Below are positions 10,416 through 20,192 of a stretch of DNA of 64,000 bases, in pieces; the first letter of the stretch is position 1, and the number at the start of each line of letters is the position of its first letter. Source of the stretch: a virus (taxonomy: Duplodnaviria; Caudoviricetes). The translations under genes and the position numbers were made by a program. The stretch is taken from IMG/VR virus record IMGVR_UViG_3300032225_000686; one strand, 5' to 3'. Under the pieces are notes generated by a model that saw only the letters and a program-made list of their open reading frames with translations, was not told the DNA's origin and ran no database searches.

Positions 10416-12093
10416 GCAAGGTATAGCCTATCTTGGTAACCCTCTACTAAAGGGTCCGGGTGTCAAGATTGAATACTCCCCCGAGCAGATGGGGGAGTAT
10501 GTCAAGGCATCTGAAGACCTTATCTATTTTACAACCAAGTACTTCTATATCAGAAGTCTAGATCGTGGTCCCATACTGTTTGATCTATATGACTTTCAGA
10601 AAAGGTTCCTAAAAACAGTAAGAGAGAACCGCTTTAATATCTGCAAGTTCCCTCGTCAGACAGGTAAAACATCATGCGTAACTGCTGATGTTTTGCACAT
10701 GACTCAATTCAATGGTGACTACAAAGTTGCCATCCTAGCCAACAAGCAGAAAACGGCTACCGAAATTCTTGACCGTATCAAGTTAGCATATGAGCGTCTA
10801 CCTCTGTGGCTCAAGCAGGGTGTGGTTGAATGGAATAAGACGAGCATCAAGTTTGAGAATGGCTCAAAGATCATAGCATCAGCAACCTCTGCTTCTGCTG
10901 TCCGTGGTGATTCGTTCAACTACATCGTTCTTGACGAGTTCGCATTCGTTCCCAACAACATAGCCGACGAGTTCTTTGCATCGGTATACCCAACCATTTC
11001 ATCAGGCCAAACCTCTAAAGTAATCATCGTATCTACCCCAAAGGGTATGAACATGTACTACAAACTATGGAAGGATGCTATATCAGGCAGAAATCCATAC
11101 AAGGCTATTGAAGTGCATTGGTGGGAAGTCCCCGGCAGAGATGATGCTTGGAAAGAGACCACGAAGAAGGCTTTGGGTTCAGAACGCCTTTGGCTAGCCG
11201 AATATGAGTGTGAATTCTTGGGATCAGAAGACACCCTCATCAAGACCACTAAAATCTCTACCCTCACTTATGAGAATCCGAAAATACAAACCAAGGACGG
11301 ATTGGAACTCTACGAAGAGCCAAAAGAAGGTCACATTTACGCTATGTCTGTGGATACCTGTAGGGCGGTAGGTCTAGATTACCACGCCTTCACAATCATA
11401 GATGTAACTGACATGCCCTACAAAGTCGTGGGCAAATTCAGAAATAACACCATGCCCGTGATGCTTTTGCCTAACATTATCGTATCTGTAGCCAACCGCT
11501 ACAACGAAGCACAGTTGATTGTTGAAATCAACGATACTGGTCAGCAGGTAGCGGACATTATCCATGACGATTTGGAATATGAAAATATCATCAGCATCAG
11601 CATCAAGGGCAAAAAGGGTCAGAAGGCAGGTACATTCGGTTCGGGTAGGGTTCAGTATGGTGTGAAAATGTCTGCACAGGTCAAGAAGACAGGATGCCTA
11701 GTTCTTAAAGAGATGATAGAGGGCGATAAACTGTTTGTGAACGATTTTGACATCGTATCCGAGTTGTCTACCTTTGTGTCTAGCAAAGCGTCCTACGAGG
11801 CTTCAGAGGGCTATAACGACGATCTGGTGGCTACCCTTGTTCTGTTTGCTTGGCTAACCACACAGCCCTACTTCAGAGACTTGGTAAATGCCGACATTCG
11901 TAAGAAACTGATGGAAGACAAACTTAAAAAGTTGGAAGAAGACCTGATGCCGTTTGGTTTCTTGAGTACTGAAATTGACGATGACGGCTCTGCGGAGTTG
12001 GCTAGAGAACCCCAACAAAGAAGAAACCTAAATGATAATGGGTGGCTTTCCGACATAGACACAAAACAGTATAAAGGTCCATACGGTCTTTGA
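10405..12093 (+). CDS. gp17: Terminase large subunit gp17
   Basis: YLGNP-x-LK, PRQTGKT Walker A, LDEFAF Walker B, STPKG, C-terminal DDLV nuclease motif; no intein. Confidence 0.97.
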   Translation: MPSKQGIAYLGNPLLKGPGVKIEYSPEQMGEYVKASEDLIYFTTKYFYIRSLDRGPILFDLYDFQKRFLKTVRENRFNICKFPRQTGKTSCVTADVLHMTQFNGDYKVAILANKQKTATEILDRIKLAYERLPLWLKQGVVEWNKTSIKFENGSKIIASATSASAVRGDSFNYIVLDEFAFVPNNIADEFFASVYPTISSGQTSKVIIVSTPKGMNMYYKLWKDAISGRNPYKAIEVHWWEVPGRDDAWKETTKKALGSERLWLAEYECEFLGSEDTLIKTTKISTLTYENPKIQTKDGLELYEEPKEGHIYAMSVDTCRAVGLDYHAFTIIDVTDMPYKVVGKFRNNTMPVMLLPNIIVSVANRYNEAQLIVEINDTGQQVADIIHDDLEYENIISISIKGKKGQKAGTFGSGRVQYGVKMSAQVKKTGCLVLKEMIEGDKLFVNDFDIVSELSTFVSSKASYEASEGYNDDLVATLVLFAWLTTQPYFRDLVNADIRKKLMEDKLKKLEEDLMPFGFLSTEIDDDGSAELAREPQQRRNLNDNGWLSDIDTKQYKGPYGL

Positions 12094-12111
12094 CCGGAAA
12101 TAGACCATTTC

Positions 12112-12118
12112 CTAAATA
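12112..12118 (+). promoter_or_regulatory. Late promoter
   Basis: CTAAATA upstream of gp18. Confidence 0.7.
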
Positions 12119-12157
12119 TCGTCTGAATCATCAAGCATCCTTCAAGGAGATAGATAG

Positions 12158-13870
12158 ATGGCATTTCAAATCAGCCCCGGCGTAAATGTTTCAGAAAAAG
12201 ACCTCACAACAATCGTTCCCTCTGTTGCAACAACATCAGCAGGTATGGCAGGATTGTTTGAATGGGGTCCAGTAGATCAACCCGTACTCATCAGTAGTGT
12301 TCAGGAATTGGGTGCTCTTTATGGAATGCCCTCTGATGCAAACTACGAGTGGTGGTTCACAGCATATAACTTCCTCAACTATGGCAACAATCTAAAAATC
12401 GTTCGCCATGTAGATAAGGATACTGCAAAGAACTCAACAGCAGGCGGTTTGGCTGGAACTTTCATTAGAAATGTGGAAGAGTCACAGAGCACGCCTCCAA
12501 CAGCAGGAACGGGTACAATCATTGCTCGTTATCCGGGTTCTCTTGGAAATTCTATAACGATTGAAGTATGTGGTGGTCTATCTGCCGCCGCTGCTGGAAA
12601 CAATTGGAACGGTTGGGCATACAAATCATACTTTAGTTCAAAGCCCACCCAATCAGATTACGCATTCCGATCAGGTCTAACCACACAAGATGCTTTCCAT
12701 ATGGTTGTTGTTGACCGTACAGGTCTACTGAGTGGTGCAACAGGAACAGTTCTAGAAAGATATGAATCTCTTTCGACCATTTCTGGTGCTGTAAATCCTG
12801 ATGGAACTCCATCATACTTCAAGAGTAAGATCAATAGCGATTCTCGTTACATCTCATGCTTGGGAGTAACAGGAACCGATAATATGCTAACTTCGTTTGC
12901 AACAAATGGTTCTCTCGGATCAAACGGAGATACCAACATCCTCGGAGTTTCTTACGCTGCATATTCAGGTGGAACGGGAGAATTCGATGGAGTGGCAAGC
13001 ATCTTGGGAACCACAGGTAGTGGTTACGAAATGTTCAAGGATGCAGATCATGTTGATGTTGCTCTACTCTTGGGTGGTCCTCTAGTAGGAAGTAGTGCAA
13101 AGTTGCTAACAGATCTTGCCAAGGCTCGTATGGATTGTGTTGCGTTCGTATCAAGCCCAAACAAGAATCCATCGGCAAGTTCATCAACCAAGATTACAAA
13201 CTGCAAGAATCTTCGTGATTCCGTAGGTAACAACAACTACGCATTCATCGACAGCGGATACAAGTTCATGTATGACCCATTCAACGATGTAAACCGTTGG
13301 GTTCCAATGAACGGAGATACCGCAGGTCTATGTGTAAGAACAGACAACACAAATGATCCTTGGTACTCGCCAGCAGGTTTCAATCGTGGTCAGGTTCGTG
13401 GAACAATCAAGGTTGCATTCAATCCAACCAAGGCTGAAAGAGATGAGATTTACGGCTACGGTATCAACCCAATCGTAACCTTCTCCGGTGAAGGCACAAT
13501 TCTCTTTGGCGATAAGACGGCTCAAACAAGACCATCAGCATTCGACCGTATCAATGTTCGCCGCCTCTTCATCGTTCTTGAGAAGGCAATTGCCAAGGCT
13601 GCTAAGTACAGTCTCTTTGAATTCAACGACGCATTCACAAGAGCACAGTTTAAGGGTCTAGTAGAACCCTTCCTCCGTGATGTTCAGGCTCGCCGTGGTA
13701 TCGTGGACTTCAAGGTTGTATGCGATGAGAAAAACAACACACCACAAGTTATCGACAGCAACCAGTTTGTTGCCGACATCTATGTGAAGCCAAACCGAAG
13801 CATCAACTACATTCAGTTGAACTTTGTTGCTACCAAGACAGGCGTTTCGTTCGAAGAAGTAGGAGCCTGA
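12158..13870 (+). CDS. gp18: Tail sheath protein gp18
   Basis: SPGV-x-V-x-EKD, PWYSPAGFNRG, FDRINVRRLF, FEFND-x-FTR. Confidence 0.97.
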   Translation: MAFQISPGVNVSEKDLTTIVPSVATTSAGMAGLFEWGPVDQPVLISSVQELGALYGMPSDANYEWWFTAYNFLNYGNNLKIVRHVDKDTAKNSTAGGLAGTFIRNVEESQSTPPTAGTGTIIARYPGSLGNSITIEVCGGLSAAAAGNNWNGWAYKSYFSSKPTQSDYAFRSGLTTQDAFHMVVVDRTGLLSGATGTVLERYESLSTISGAVNPDGTPSYFKSKINSDSRYISCLGVTGTDNMLTSFATNGSLGSNGDTNILGVSYAAYSGGTGEFDGVASILGTTGSGYEMFKDADHVDVALLLGGPLVGSSAKLLTDLAKARMDCVAFVSSPNKNPSASSSTKITNCKNLRDSVGNNNYAFIDSGYKFMYDPFNDVNRWVPMNGDTAGLCVRTDNTNDPWYSPAGFNRGQVRGTIKVAFNPTKAERDEIYGYGINPIVTFSGEGTILFGDKTAQTRPSAFDRINVRRLFIVLEKAIAKAAKYSLFEFNDAFTRAQFKGLVEPFLRDVQARRGIVDFKVVCDEKNNTPQVIDSNQFVADIYVKPNRSINYIQLNFVATKTGVSFEEVGA

Positions 13871-13884
13871 TAGCAGGTTTCCGC

Positions 13885-13891
13885 ATAAATA
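13885..13891 (+). promoter_or_regulatory. Late promoter
   Basis: ATAAATA upstream of gp19. Confidence 0.65.
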
Positions 13892-13906
13892 GGCATAGGA
13901 GAACAA

Positions 13907-14539
13907 ATGGCATATAGTCAGTTCAGCATAGACGCTTTCAGAGCGAATCTAATCAACGGTGGTGCGAGAGACAATCTCTATCTTGTTTCGGGTGTATTCC
14001 CCGGAGCAGGCACGGCTGCTATCAATGCTGCTTCTAGCGTAGCAGGAGCACTCTTTGGTGGCGCAGTATCAGGAGCCATCACAAATGTGGCTGCTGCAAT
14101 CGGTTTAGGTAACCCCGGCGCACAGGTATCATTCCTCTGCCGTTCAGCGGGAATTCCTGCCTCAACTTTGGGTCAAGTAGAAGTTAACTACATGGGCAGA
14201 AAGTTGAAGTATGGTGGAGATAGAGAGTTTGCTGATTGGAACCTCAAGTGCTATAACGACGGATCATACTCGCTCCGTAAGGCATTTGAATCTTGGTCAA
14301 ACCTCATCAATTCGTATCAAGGTAATGTTGGTCCAAACAACCTCAACTCATACCTTGCCGATTGGTATGTTCAGCCCTTGACCCGTGAAGGCAACCCAAT
14401 CGCCACCTACAAGATGGTGGGTTGCTGGCCAAAGGATGTTCAGGGATACGAACTCAACTTCGATTCCAAGACAGCAATTTCTGAATTCGGCGTATTGATG
14501 TCATACCAGTACCACGAACTTGTTGACATCACCACCTGA
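13907..14539 (+). CDS. gp19: Tail tube protein gp19
   Basis: GGAR-x-N-x-Y, FLC-x2-A-x2-P, GR-x-LKYGGDR-x-F-x-DW; between gp18 and gp20. Confidence 0.92.
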   Translation: MAYSQFSIDAFRANLINGGARDNLYLVSGVFPGAGTAAINAASSVAGALFGGAVSGAITNVAAAIGLGNPGAQVSFLCRSAGIPASTLGQVEVNYMGRKLKYGGDREFADWNLKCYNDGSYSLRKAFESWSNLINSYQGNVGPNNLNSYLADWYVQPLTREGNPIATYKMVGCWPKDVQGYELNFDSKTAISEFGVLMSYQYHELVDITT

Positions 14540-14569
14540 TAGTGACCTTTTCAAAAAGGAGTTTACATA

Positions 14570-16075
14570 ATGGAACTCTTCGGCTTAAAAATTGAGCGGT
14601 CGAAGAAGCAGAAGCAAGACTTCAAAGCACTAAAGTCGTTCGTAATTCCAACTACGGACGATGGTGCTATTCCAGTCGAAGCAGGCGGCTTCTATGGTCA
14701 GTATGTTGATCTCGACGGCTCTATACGCAACGATTATGAACTAATAGCAAAGTACCGCGAAATGTCTATGGACCCAATCGCGGAAACTGCTATTGATGAC
14801 ATCATCAACGAATCTGTTGTCTGTGAGGGTAAGCGTTCACCTGTGAAGATATTCTTCACAAGCGATTTAAGTGTATCGGAGAATGTCAAGGACAAGATTC
14901 AAGAAGAGTTCAAGAATGTTCTTCGTCTTATGCAGTTTGAGACTAAAGGATATGAAATCTTCCGTAGATGGTATGTTGACGGCAAGATTTATTTCCACCT
15001 TATAGCAGACGAAGATAAACCCGAAAAGGGAATCTTGGAACTGCGTTTTGTTGATCCTCTGAACATTCAGAAAATCCGAGAGTTCCAAAAAGAGACCCGT
15101 AAAGACGGCACTAAAATCATCACGGGCTATCGGGACTTCTATGTGTACAACAAGGATAATCCCCGTGCCGCAGGTAACTCTACAGGCATCAAAATTAGTG
15201 ATGATGCTATTGCTTTCTGCTCATCGGGTCTGTTTGATAGCCGCTATCGCAGAACAGTAGGCTTCCTTCACAAGGCTATCAAGCCACTAAACCAACTTCG
15301 CATGATGGAAGATGCTGTGGTCATCTACCGTATCTCCCGTGCGCCTGAACGCCGAATCTTTTACATAGATGTCGGTTCGCTACCAAAGACCAAGGCAGAA
15401 CAGTATGTGAAGGACATCATGAACCGCTACCGTAACAAGTTGGTCTATGATGCCAACACGGGCGAGATCAGAGATGACCGCAAGTTCATGAGTATGTTGG
15501 AAGACTATTGGCTACCCCGTCGTGAAGGTAGCAAGGGTACTGAAATCAGCACACTCAGCGGCGCACAGAACCTTGGCGAATTGACCGATGTGGTCTACTT
15601 CCAGAAGAAGTTATACAAGGCTCTAAATGTCCCTGTATCGCGTTTGGAGCAGGATAAGGGCTTCCAACTAGGTAGAGCAGCAGAAATCAGCCGTGACGAG
15701 TTGAAGTTTAACAAATTCGTTGTAAGGCTTCGTAACAAGTTTAGTGAAATGTTCTATGACCTCCTCAAGAAGCAACTCTTGATGAAGAATGTCATAAAGC
15801 CTGATGATTGGGTACATATCAAAGAATGTCTTTTCTTTGACTATTTGAAGGATAGTCACTTCGTAGAACTCAAGAATCAAGAACTACGCAAAGGCATGTA
15901 TGAAGAACTAAATCAAGTAGAAAAATACATAGGTAAGTACTATTCCCACTATTGGGTTAGGACTCAAGTCTTGGGTATGAGCGAAGGTCAGATCAAAGAA
16001 ATGGATAAGCAAATCACGGTTGAACGCAACAGGGGCATGTATGCACCGGATAACACAGCATTCGGTCTACAATAA
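14570..16075 (+). CDS. gp20: Portal protein gp20
   Basis: FRRWYVDG, LHKAIKPLNQLRMMED, RAPERRIFYIDVG, MLEDYWLPRREG. Confidence 0.97.
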   Translation: MELFGLKIERSKKQKQDFKALKSFVIPTTDDGAIPVEAGGFYGQYVDLDGSIRNDYELIAKYREMSMDPIAETAIDDIINESVVCEGKRSPVKIFFTSDLSVSENVKDKIQEEFKNVLRLMQFETKGYEIFRRWYVDGKIYFHLIADEDKPEKGILELRFVDPLNIQKIREFQKETRKDGTKIITGYRDFYVYNKDNPRAAGNSTGIKISDDAIAFCSSGLFDSRYRRTVGFLHKAIKPLNQLRMMEDAVVIYRISRAPERRIFYIDVGSLPKTKAEQYVKDIMNRYRNKLVYDANTGEIRDDRKFMSMLEDYWLPRREGSKGTEISTLSGAQNLGELTDVVYFQKKLYKALNVPVSRLEQDKGFQLGRAAEISRDELKFNKFVVRLRNKFSEMFYDLLKKQLLMKNVIKPDDWVHIKECLFFDYLKDSHFVELKNQELRKGMYEELNQVEKYIGKYYSHYWVRTQVLGMSEGQIKEMDKQITVERNRGMYAPDNTAFGLQ

Positions 16076-16086
16076 CGGAGACAAAA

Positions 16087-17361
16087 ATGGAAAATCTCAA
16101 GAAGGCAGTAGAGACAGTACTAACAAAGAACGCAGTAGACTTTAAAGACGCAATTCATACAGAATTGGCATCAAGACTACATGCAGCAATCAGCACCCGC
16201 AAGGAGTCTGTTGCTAGCGGCTCGGTTGCAGCAAACGAAGAAGTTAGCGAACCAGTTGAGACTAACGAAGAGACTATTGAAGAAGCCAAGGGCGAAATGC
16301 TATTCAGGCAAACCAAAGATGGCAAGTTTGAAGTAGTTCGTCACATGGGTGGTCAAAAGTTCTCTCCACCTGTAAAGAAATTCAACAGCAGAAAAGATGC
16401 CCTAAAGTACATTGATAGCAAAGAAGGAAAGAAAGAAGCATGGAACGAAGAAGCCGAAGTGAGTGAGGCTAATGTTCTTGCTCCTTCTGCTCCTGCGACA
16501 GGTGCAAAGGCAGGAATTCCCGGCAGCGAAAGATCAAATTTTGGTGCGGGAGAAGTTCCCGACCCTTTAGACGGAGACCTGCAAAGCGAACTAGAGTCGG
16601 CGTTCGGACTCAAGGCCGCTGAAACAGGTAAGGCAACAGCCAAGGACGATGATATCTCCCTCGACCCGAACTTCGAAAAGGAGTTCTACATGAAGGAGAC
16701 TGACTACAAAGGTCACAAAGTTCTTCTAAAGCAAGTAGGCTTGGGACTATCAAAGCCTGTGCGTGTCTATGTTGACAACAAGCGTTGGGAATTCTTTGCC
16801 GGTCCCGAATCTGCTATGAGAGGCGCAAAGTCATACATTGATGGTATGGACTCTGACCTTGCCAAGGAGCAGGCTGAACTAGAAGGCGAAACGATTAGCG
16901 AGAAGGTTGATCTTGACGGCAGAACAAAAATGGTCAAGCATACAATGTCTCGCTTGGAGCAGGCTCGCAAACTACGAGAAGGATCAAAGAAGATTGCAGA
17001 ATCTCCTTCAAAGTTTGCAGGTCTTTATAACGATGGTTCAGGAAAGGGTGCAATGATCCCAGAGCCAATCGAAATCAAGAACAAGCCCGCTCAAGTTGCT
17101 GAAAAGATAGTTGGACAGAAGAACACCACGGCTGAAGAAGTCGAGGCTCCTATGTCAACAATAGAAATGATTGCCGCCGTCAACATGAAGAGTGGCAAAT
17201 ATCAGATCAAAGAAGAAGAACTATCGCCAAAGCAAAAGAAGTACAGAGCATTCTTTGACAAGGCACTCAAGAAGCACAATGTAAGTTCACCATCAGACTT
17301 CAAGAGTGATGCAGAGAAGAAGAAGTTCTTTGATTATGTGAAGAGCAATTGGAAGGGATAA
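16087..17361 (+). CDS. Prohead core protein (gp67-like N-terminus, long extension)
   Basis: Between gp20 and gp21; E/K-rich; many hydrophobic-x-E sites. Confidence 0.6.
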   Translation: MENLKKAVETVLTKNAVDFKDAIHTELASRLHAAISTRKESVASGSVAANEEVSEPVETNEETIEEAKGEMLFRQTKDGKFEVVRHMGGQKFSPPVKKFNSRKDALKYIDSKEGKKEAWNEEAEVSEANVLAPSAPATGAKAGIPGSERSNFGAGEVPDPLDGDLQSELESAFGLKAAETGKATAKDDDISLDPNFEKEFYMKETDYKGHKVLLKQVGLGLSKPVRVYVDNKRWEFFAGPESAMRGAKSYIDGMDSDLAKEQAELEGETISEKVDLDGRTKMVKHTMSRLEQARKLREGSKKIAESPSKFAGLYNDGSGKGAMIPEPIEIKNKPAQVAEKIVGQKNTTAEEVEAPMSTIEMIAAVNMKSGKYQIKEEELSPKQKKYRAFFDKALKKHNVSSPSDFKSDAEKKKFFDYVKSNWKG

Positions 17362-17814
17362 ATGCCGCAGTTTCTAGCCAACTTTGGTAAAGAAGCAAGA
17401 GCCAAGAAGTATTCTTCGGCTCTAAAGGACATTCATTTGGATGTGACTTCACAGATTGTTCAGTCTGCTAATGGCTATCAGGTAAAAGTTAGTTCTGCAA
17501 AAGCAGACAACATCAAGGTAGCAAAGTCCCTATACAAAGACATGACCGAAGGCTTCGATACAAAAGTTATGGTTGATGTGTTGCGAAAGGTGTCTCAGGA
17601 AAATAAGGGAGCAAACCTGCGTTTAGCGGACAACACTCTAATCCGCATCACACCAGAAATTGCGGAATCTGCAATTACTGTTCATGATGTTTTGAATGAG
17701 ACTAGCCAAAAGGCTTTTCTCATAATGCTTGGCGAAAGTAAAGAATCGTTCGAAGGCGCAATTAAGTTCTGCAAGGAGAATGGTAAAAATTCAAGCATAA
17801 ATATTGGCGAATAA
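17362..17814 (+). CDS. Putative prohead core/head assembly protein
   Basis: Abuts the upstream gene in the head cluster. Confidence 0.5.
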   Translation: MPQFLANFGKEARAKKYSSALKDIHLDVTSQIVQSANGYQVKVSSAKADNIKVAKSLYKDMTEGFDTKVMVDVLRKVSQENKGANLRLADNTLIRITPEIAESAITVHDVLNETSQKAFLIMLGESKESFEGAIKFCKENGKNSSINIGE

Positions 17815-17815
17815 T

Positions 17816-18301
17816 ATGCCAATTACACCACCTCCGATATCACCTCCAAACCACAGTACAGATCAGCCACCGGGAGTACAAACATCAATGGGAAGCAGAT
17901 TAGAATACCTAGTAAGATCAAAAAACCGAGTTGTAGTTCACTACAATGCTGACACGGCGGGTGGTGGTGCTACATTCGGAATGGACCCAACGATATTTGG
18001 TCCTACCGCTTGGGGAGAATTTACAACAACAGGATTGACCTACAACTCCGCTGCTATCTCAAGAATAGTGTGGGGAACTGGTGGTGTAACAGGAACAGTA
18101 GATTTAGTGTTCCTTGGTGCAACAGGGTTTACCGCATTTTCTGTTCCCGCAGGTGGAGCAGGTGACCTCAATCTAGAAAGAATGACCATACCAAATCTTG
18201 CTCTTGGTGCAACCGGTCTCTTTGCAATTCAAAACAATCTTGCAGGTACAGCATCAAAGAATGCAACCGTCATGCTTGAATTTGTGACTCGTAATGTCTA
18301 A
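17816..18301 (+). CDS. Putative virion structural protein
   Basis: ATAAATA at 17797; G/T-rich beta-type protein directly before gp21. Confidence 0.55.
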   Translation: MPITPPPISPPNHSTDQPPGVQTSMGSRLEYLVRSKNRVVVHYNADTAGGGATFGMDPTIFGPTAWGEFTTTGLTYNSAAISRIVWGTGGVTGTVDLVFLGATGFTAFSVPAGGAGDLNLERMTIPNLALGATGLFAIQNNLAGTASKNATVMLEFVTRNV

Positions 18302-18316
18302 CCATAGGAGAAGCCA

Positions 18317-18964
18317 ATGAAACTATTTTGCGACATCAACGAGGAAATTCAAGTACTCACAGAAGAAAACGAACCCGGCAAGAAGAACTACTTCATCGAA
18401 GGTATCTTCCTCATGTGCGATCAAAAGAATCGCAACGGTCGTGTGTATACCTTTGAGATGATGGACAAGAAGGTAAAGGAATACAATAACGGTTTCGTAA
18501 AACAAAAGAGAGCGTTCGGTGAGTTGGGTCACCCAGAGGGACCAACCATCAACCTAGAGCGTGTCTCCCACATGATTACCGATCTCTATTCCGATAAAAA
18601 AAACTTTATCGGCAGAGCCAAGATCATGGATACTCCCTACGGCAAGATTGTAAAGAATCTAATTGACGAGGGAGCAAAACTAGGAGTTTCAAGCCGTGGT
18701 ATTGGTTCTTTGGAAGAGAAGAATGGAGTCAACTATGTCAAGGATGACTTCCAACTAGCCACAGCAGCAGATATTGTAGCCGATCCTTCGGCTCCTGAAG
18801 CCTTCGTAAGAGGCATCATGGAAGGTAAGGAATGGGTATATGAAAGCGGCAGATTGGTAGAACGGGATGTTGAGGAAATTAAAAAGAGCATTTTGAAAGC
18901 CTCATCCCGCAAACTAGAGGAAGCGAAAATCAAGGCGTTTGAGCGTTTCCTACGAAATATCTGA
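18317..18964 (+). CDS. gp21: Prohead protease gp21
   Basis: KNRNGRVY, GELGHP, INLERVSH, GVSSRG-x-GS, DIVADPSAP. Confidence 0.97.
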   Translation: MKLFCDINEEIQVLTEENEPGKKNYFIEGIFLMCDQKNRNGRVYTFEMMDKKVKEYNNGFVKQKRAFGELGHPEGPTINLERVSHMITDLYSDKKNFIGRAKIMDTPYGKIVKNLIDEGAKLGVSSRGIGSLEEKNGVNYVKDDFQLATAADIVADPSAPEAFVRGIMEGKEWVYESGRLVERDVEEIKKSILKASSRKLEEAKIKAFERFLRNI

Positions 18965-18969
18965 TAACA

Positions 18970-18976
18970 CTAAATA
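18970..18976 (+). promoter_or_regulatory. Late promoter
   Basis: CTAAATA upstream of gp22. Confidence 0.7.
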
Positions 18977-19016
18977 AGTTTTGAAACCTTTTTAGGAACA
19001 TACAAGGAGCGAGTTC

Positions 19017-20150
19017 ATGGACTCAATCAACAACGAAGAAGTAGAAGAAATCCTCGACAACGAGGAAGTTATCGAAGAGACCGAAGAGACAACTGAAGAA
19101 GTTGTTGAAGAGGACGAAGTAGAGGAACTAGATTCGGATGAGGCTATCGAAGAAGCCACATCAGCCGAAAAGTTGAACGCCTCTGTAGCATCAGCCCGTA
19201 AGAAGGCCGATCCTGCTCCTTCAAAGGTCAAGCCATCGAAGGAGTCACCCAAGTACAAGGGTCTATACAAGTCAGTAGGCGGCGGTGCAGTAGTACCTGA
19301 GCCGGTTGCCACAGACTCAAGTGCTTCAGGTGAGAAGCAAATGAAGAATGTAGATGCCAAGCGTTCAGGCAAGACTGAATCTGTAAAGGTTCATATGGAT
19401 GCCATGTTCAGCGGCGAAGAACTCAGCGAGGACTTCAAGACAAAGGCATCAACAATCTTTGAGACCGCCATCAACGAGCGTGTTGAGGCTATTGAAACAG
19501 AACTCAAGGAAGAGTATGAAAGCCGTCTACTTGAACAAGTCGAAGGCATCAAGTCTGATATGACTCAGCAACTTGATTCATACCTCTCATATGTTGTTGA
19601 AGAGTGGATGACCGAGAACAAACTCTCTGTTGAGAAGGGTCTTCGTACCGAGATCGCAGAAGAGTTCATGGAAGGTCTCCGTAATCTTTTCTTGCAGCAC
19701 AACATCGAAGTACCACAGGGCAAAGTTGACTTGGTAGACGAGATGGCTGGCAAGATTGAAGAGTTGACCAATGATCTTAATGAGCAAGTTAACAAGAGCA
19801 TCGAACTTAAGGAACAGGTCTCTTCATTGGAGCGCAAGACACTCGTCACCAAAATGACAGAGGGCTTGGCTGATACCGATAAGGATCGCTTCGTTAAGTT
19901 GGCAGAAGGTGTTGGATTTGACAGCAATGATGAATTCAAGACCAAACTACAAGTAATCCGTGAATCATACTTCGGCGGTTCAGGCAAGGTCACCCTTGTC
20001 GAGAGCAAGATTGAAGATGATATGGACGCAGCAGAAAATGCACCCACCGACACAGAGGAAACCCTCACCGAGTCGATGGAAGCATATTCAAACATGTTGT
20101 CACGCTTGAGCCGTGCAAAGGCTCCCGCAAAGACAAACAGCAAGAACTGA
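19017..20150 (+). CDS. gp22: Prohead scaffolding protein gp22
   Basis: LSEDFK-x-KA-x-TIFE, DSYL-x-YVVEEW, GLRTEIAE-x-F, IRESYF. Confidence 0.93.
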   Translation: MDSINNEEVEEILDNEEVIEETEETTEEVVEEDEVEELDSDEAIEEATSAEKLNASVASARKKADPAPSKVKPSKESPKYKGLYKSVGGGAVVPEPVATDSSASGEKQMKNVDAKRSGKTESVKVHMDAMFSGEELSEDFKTKASTIFETAINERVEAIETELKEEYESRLLEQVEGIKSDMTQQLDSYLSYVVEEWMTENKLSVEKGLRTEIAEEFMEGLRNLFLQHNIEVPQGKVDLVDEMAGKIEELTNDLNEQVNKSIELKEQVSSLERKTLVTKMTEGLADTDKDRFVKLAEGVGFDSNDEFKTKLQVIRESYFGGSGKVTLVESKIEDDMDAAENAPTDTEETLTESMEAYSNMLSRLSRAKAPAKTNSKN

Positions 20151-20192
20151 CACTACTAACAAAGTTATAACTTTCCACAGGAGAAATTTCAC

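Noticed and set aside
19565-20143. Ser-rich antisense ORFs opposite gp22 and other Glu-rich genes
   Set aside because: Reverse-complement artefacts of GAA/GAG-rich coding
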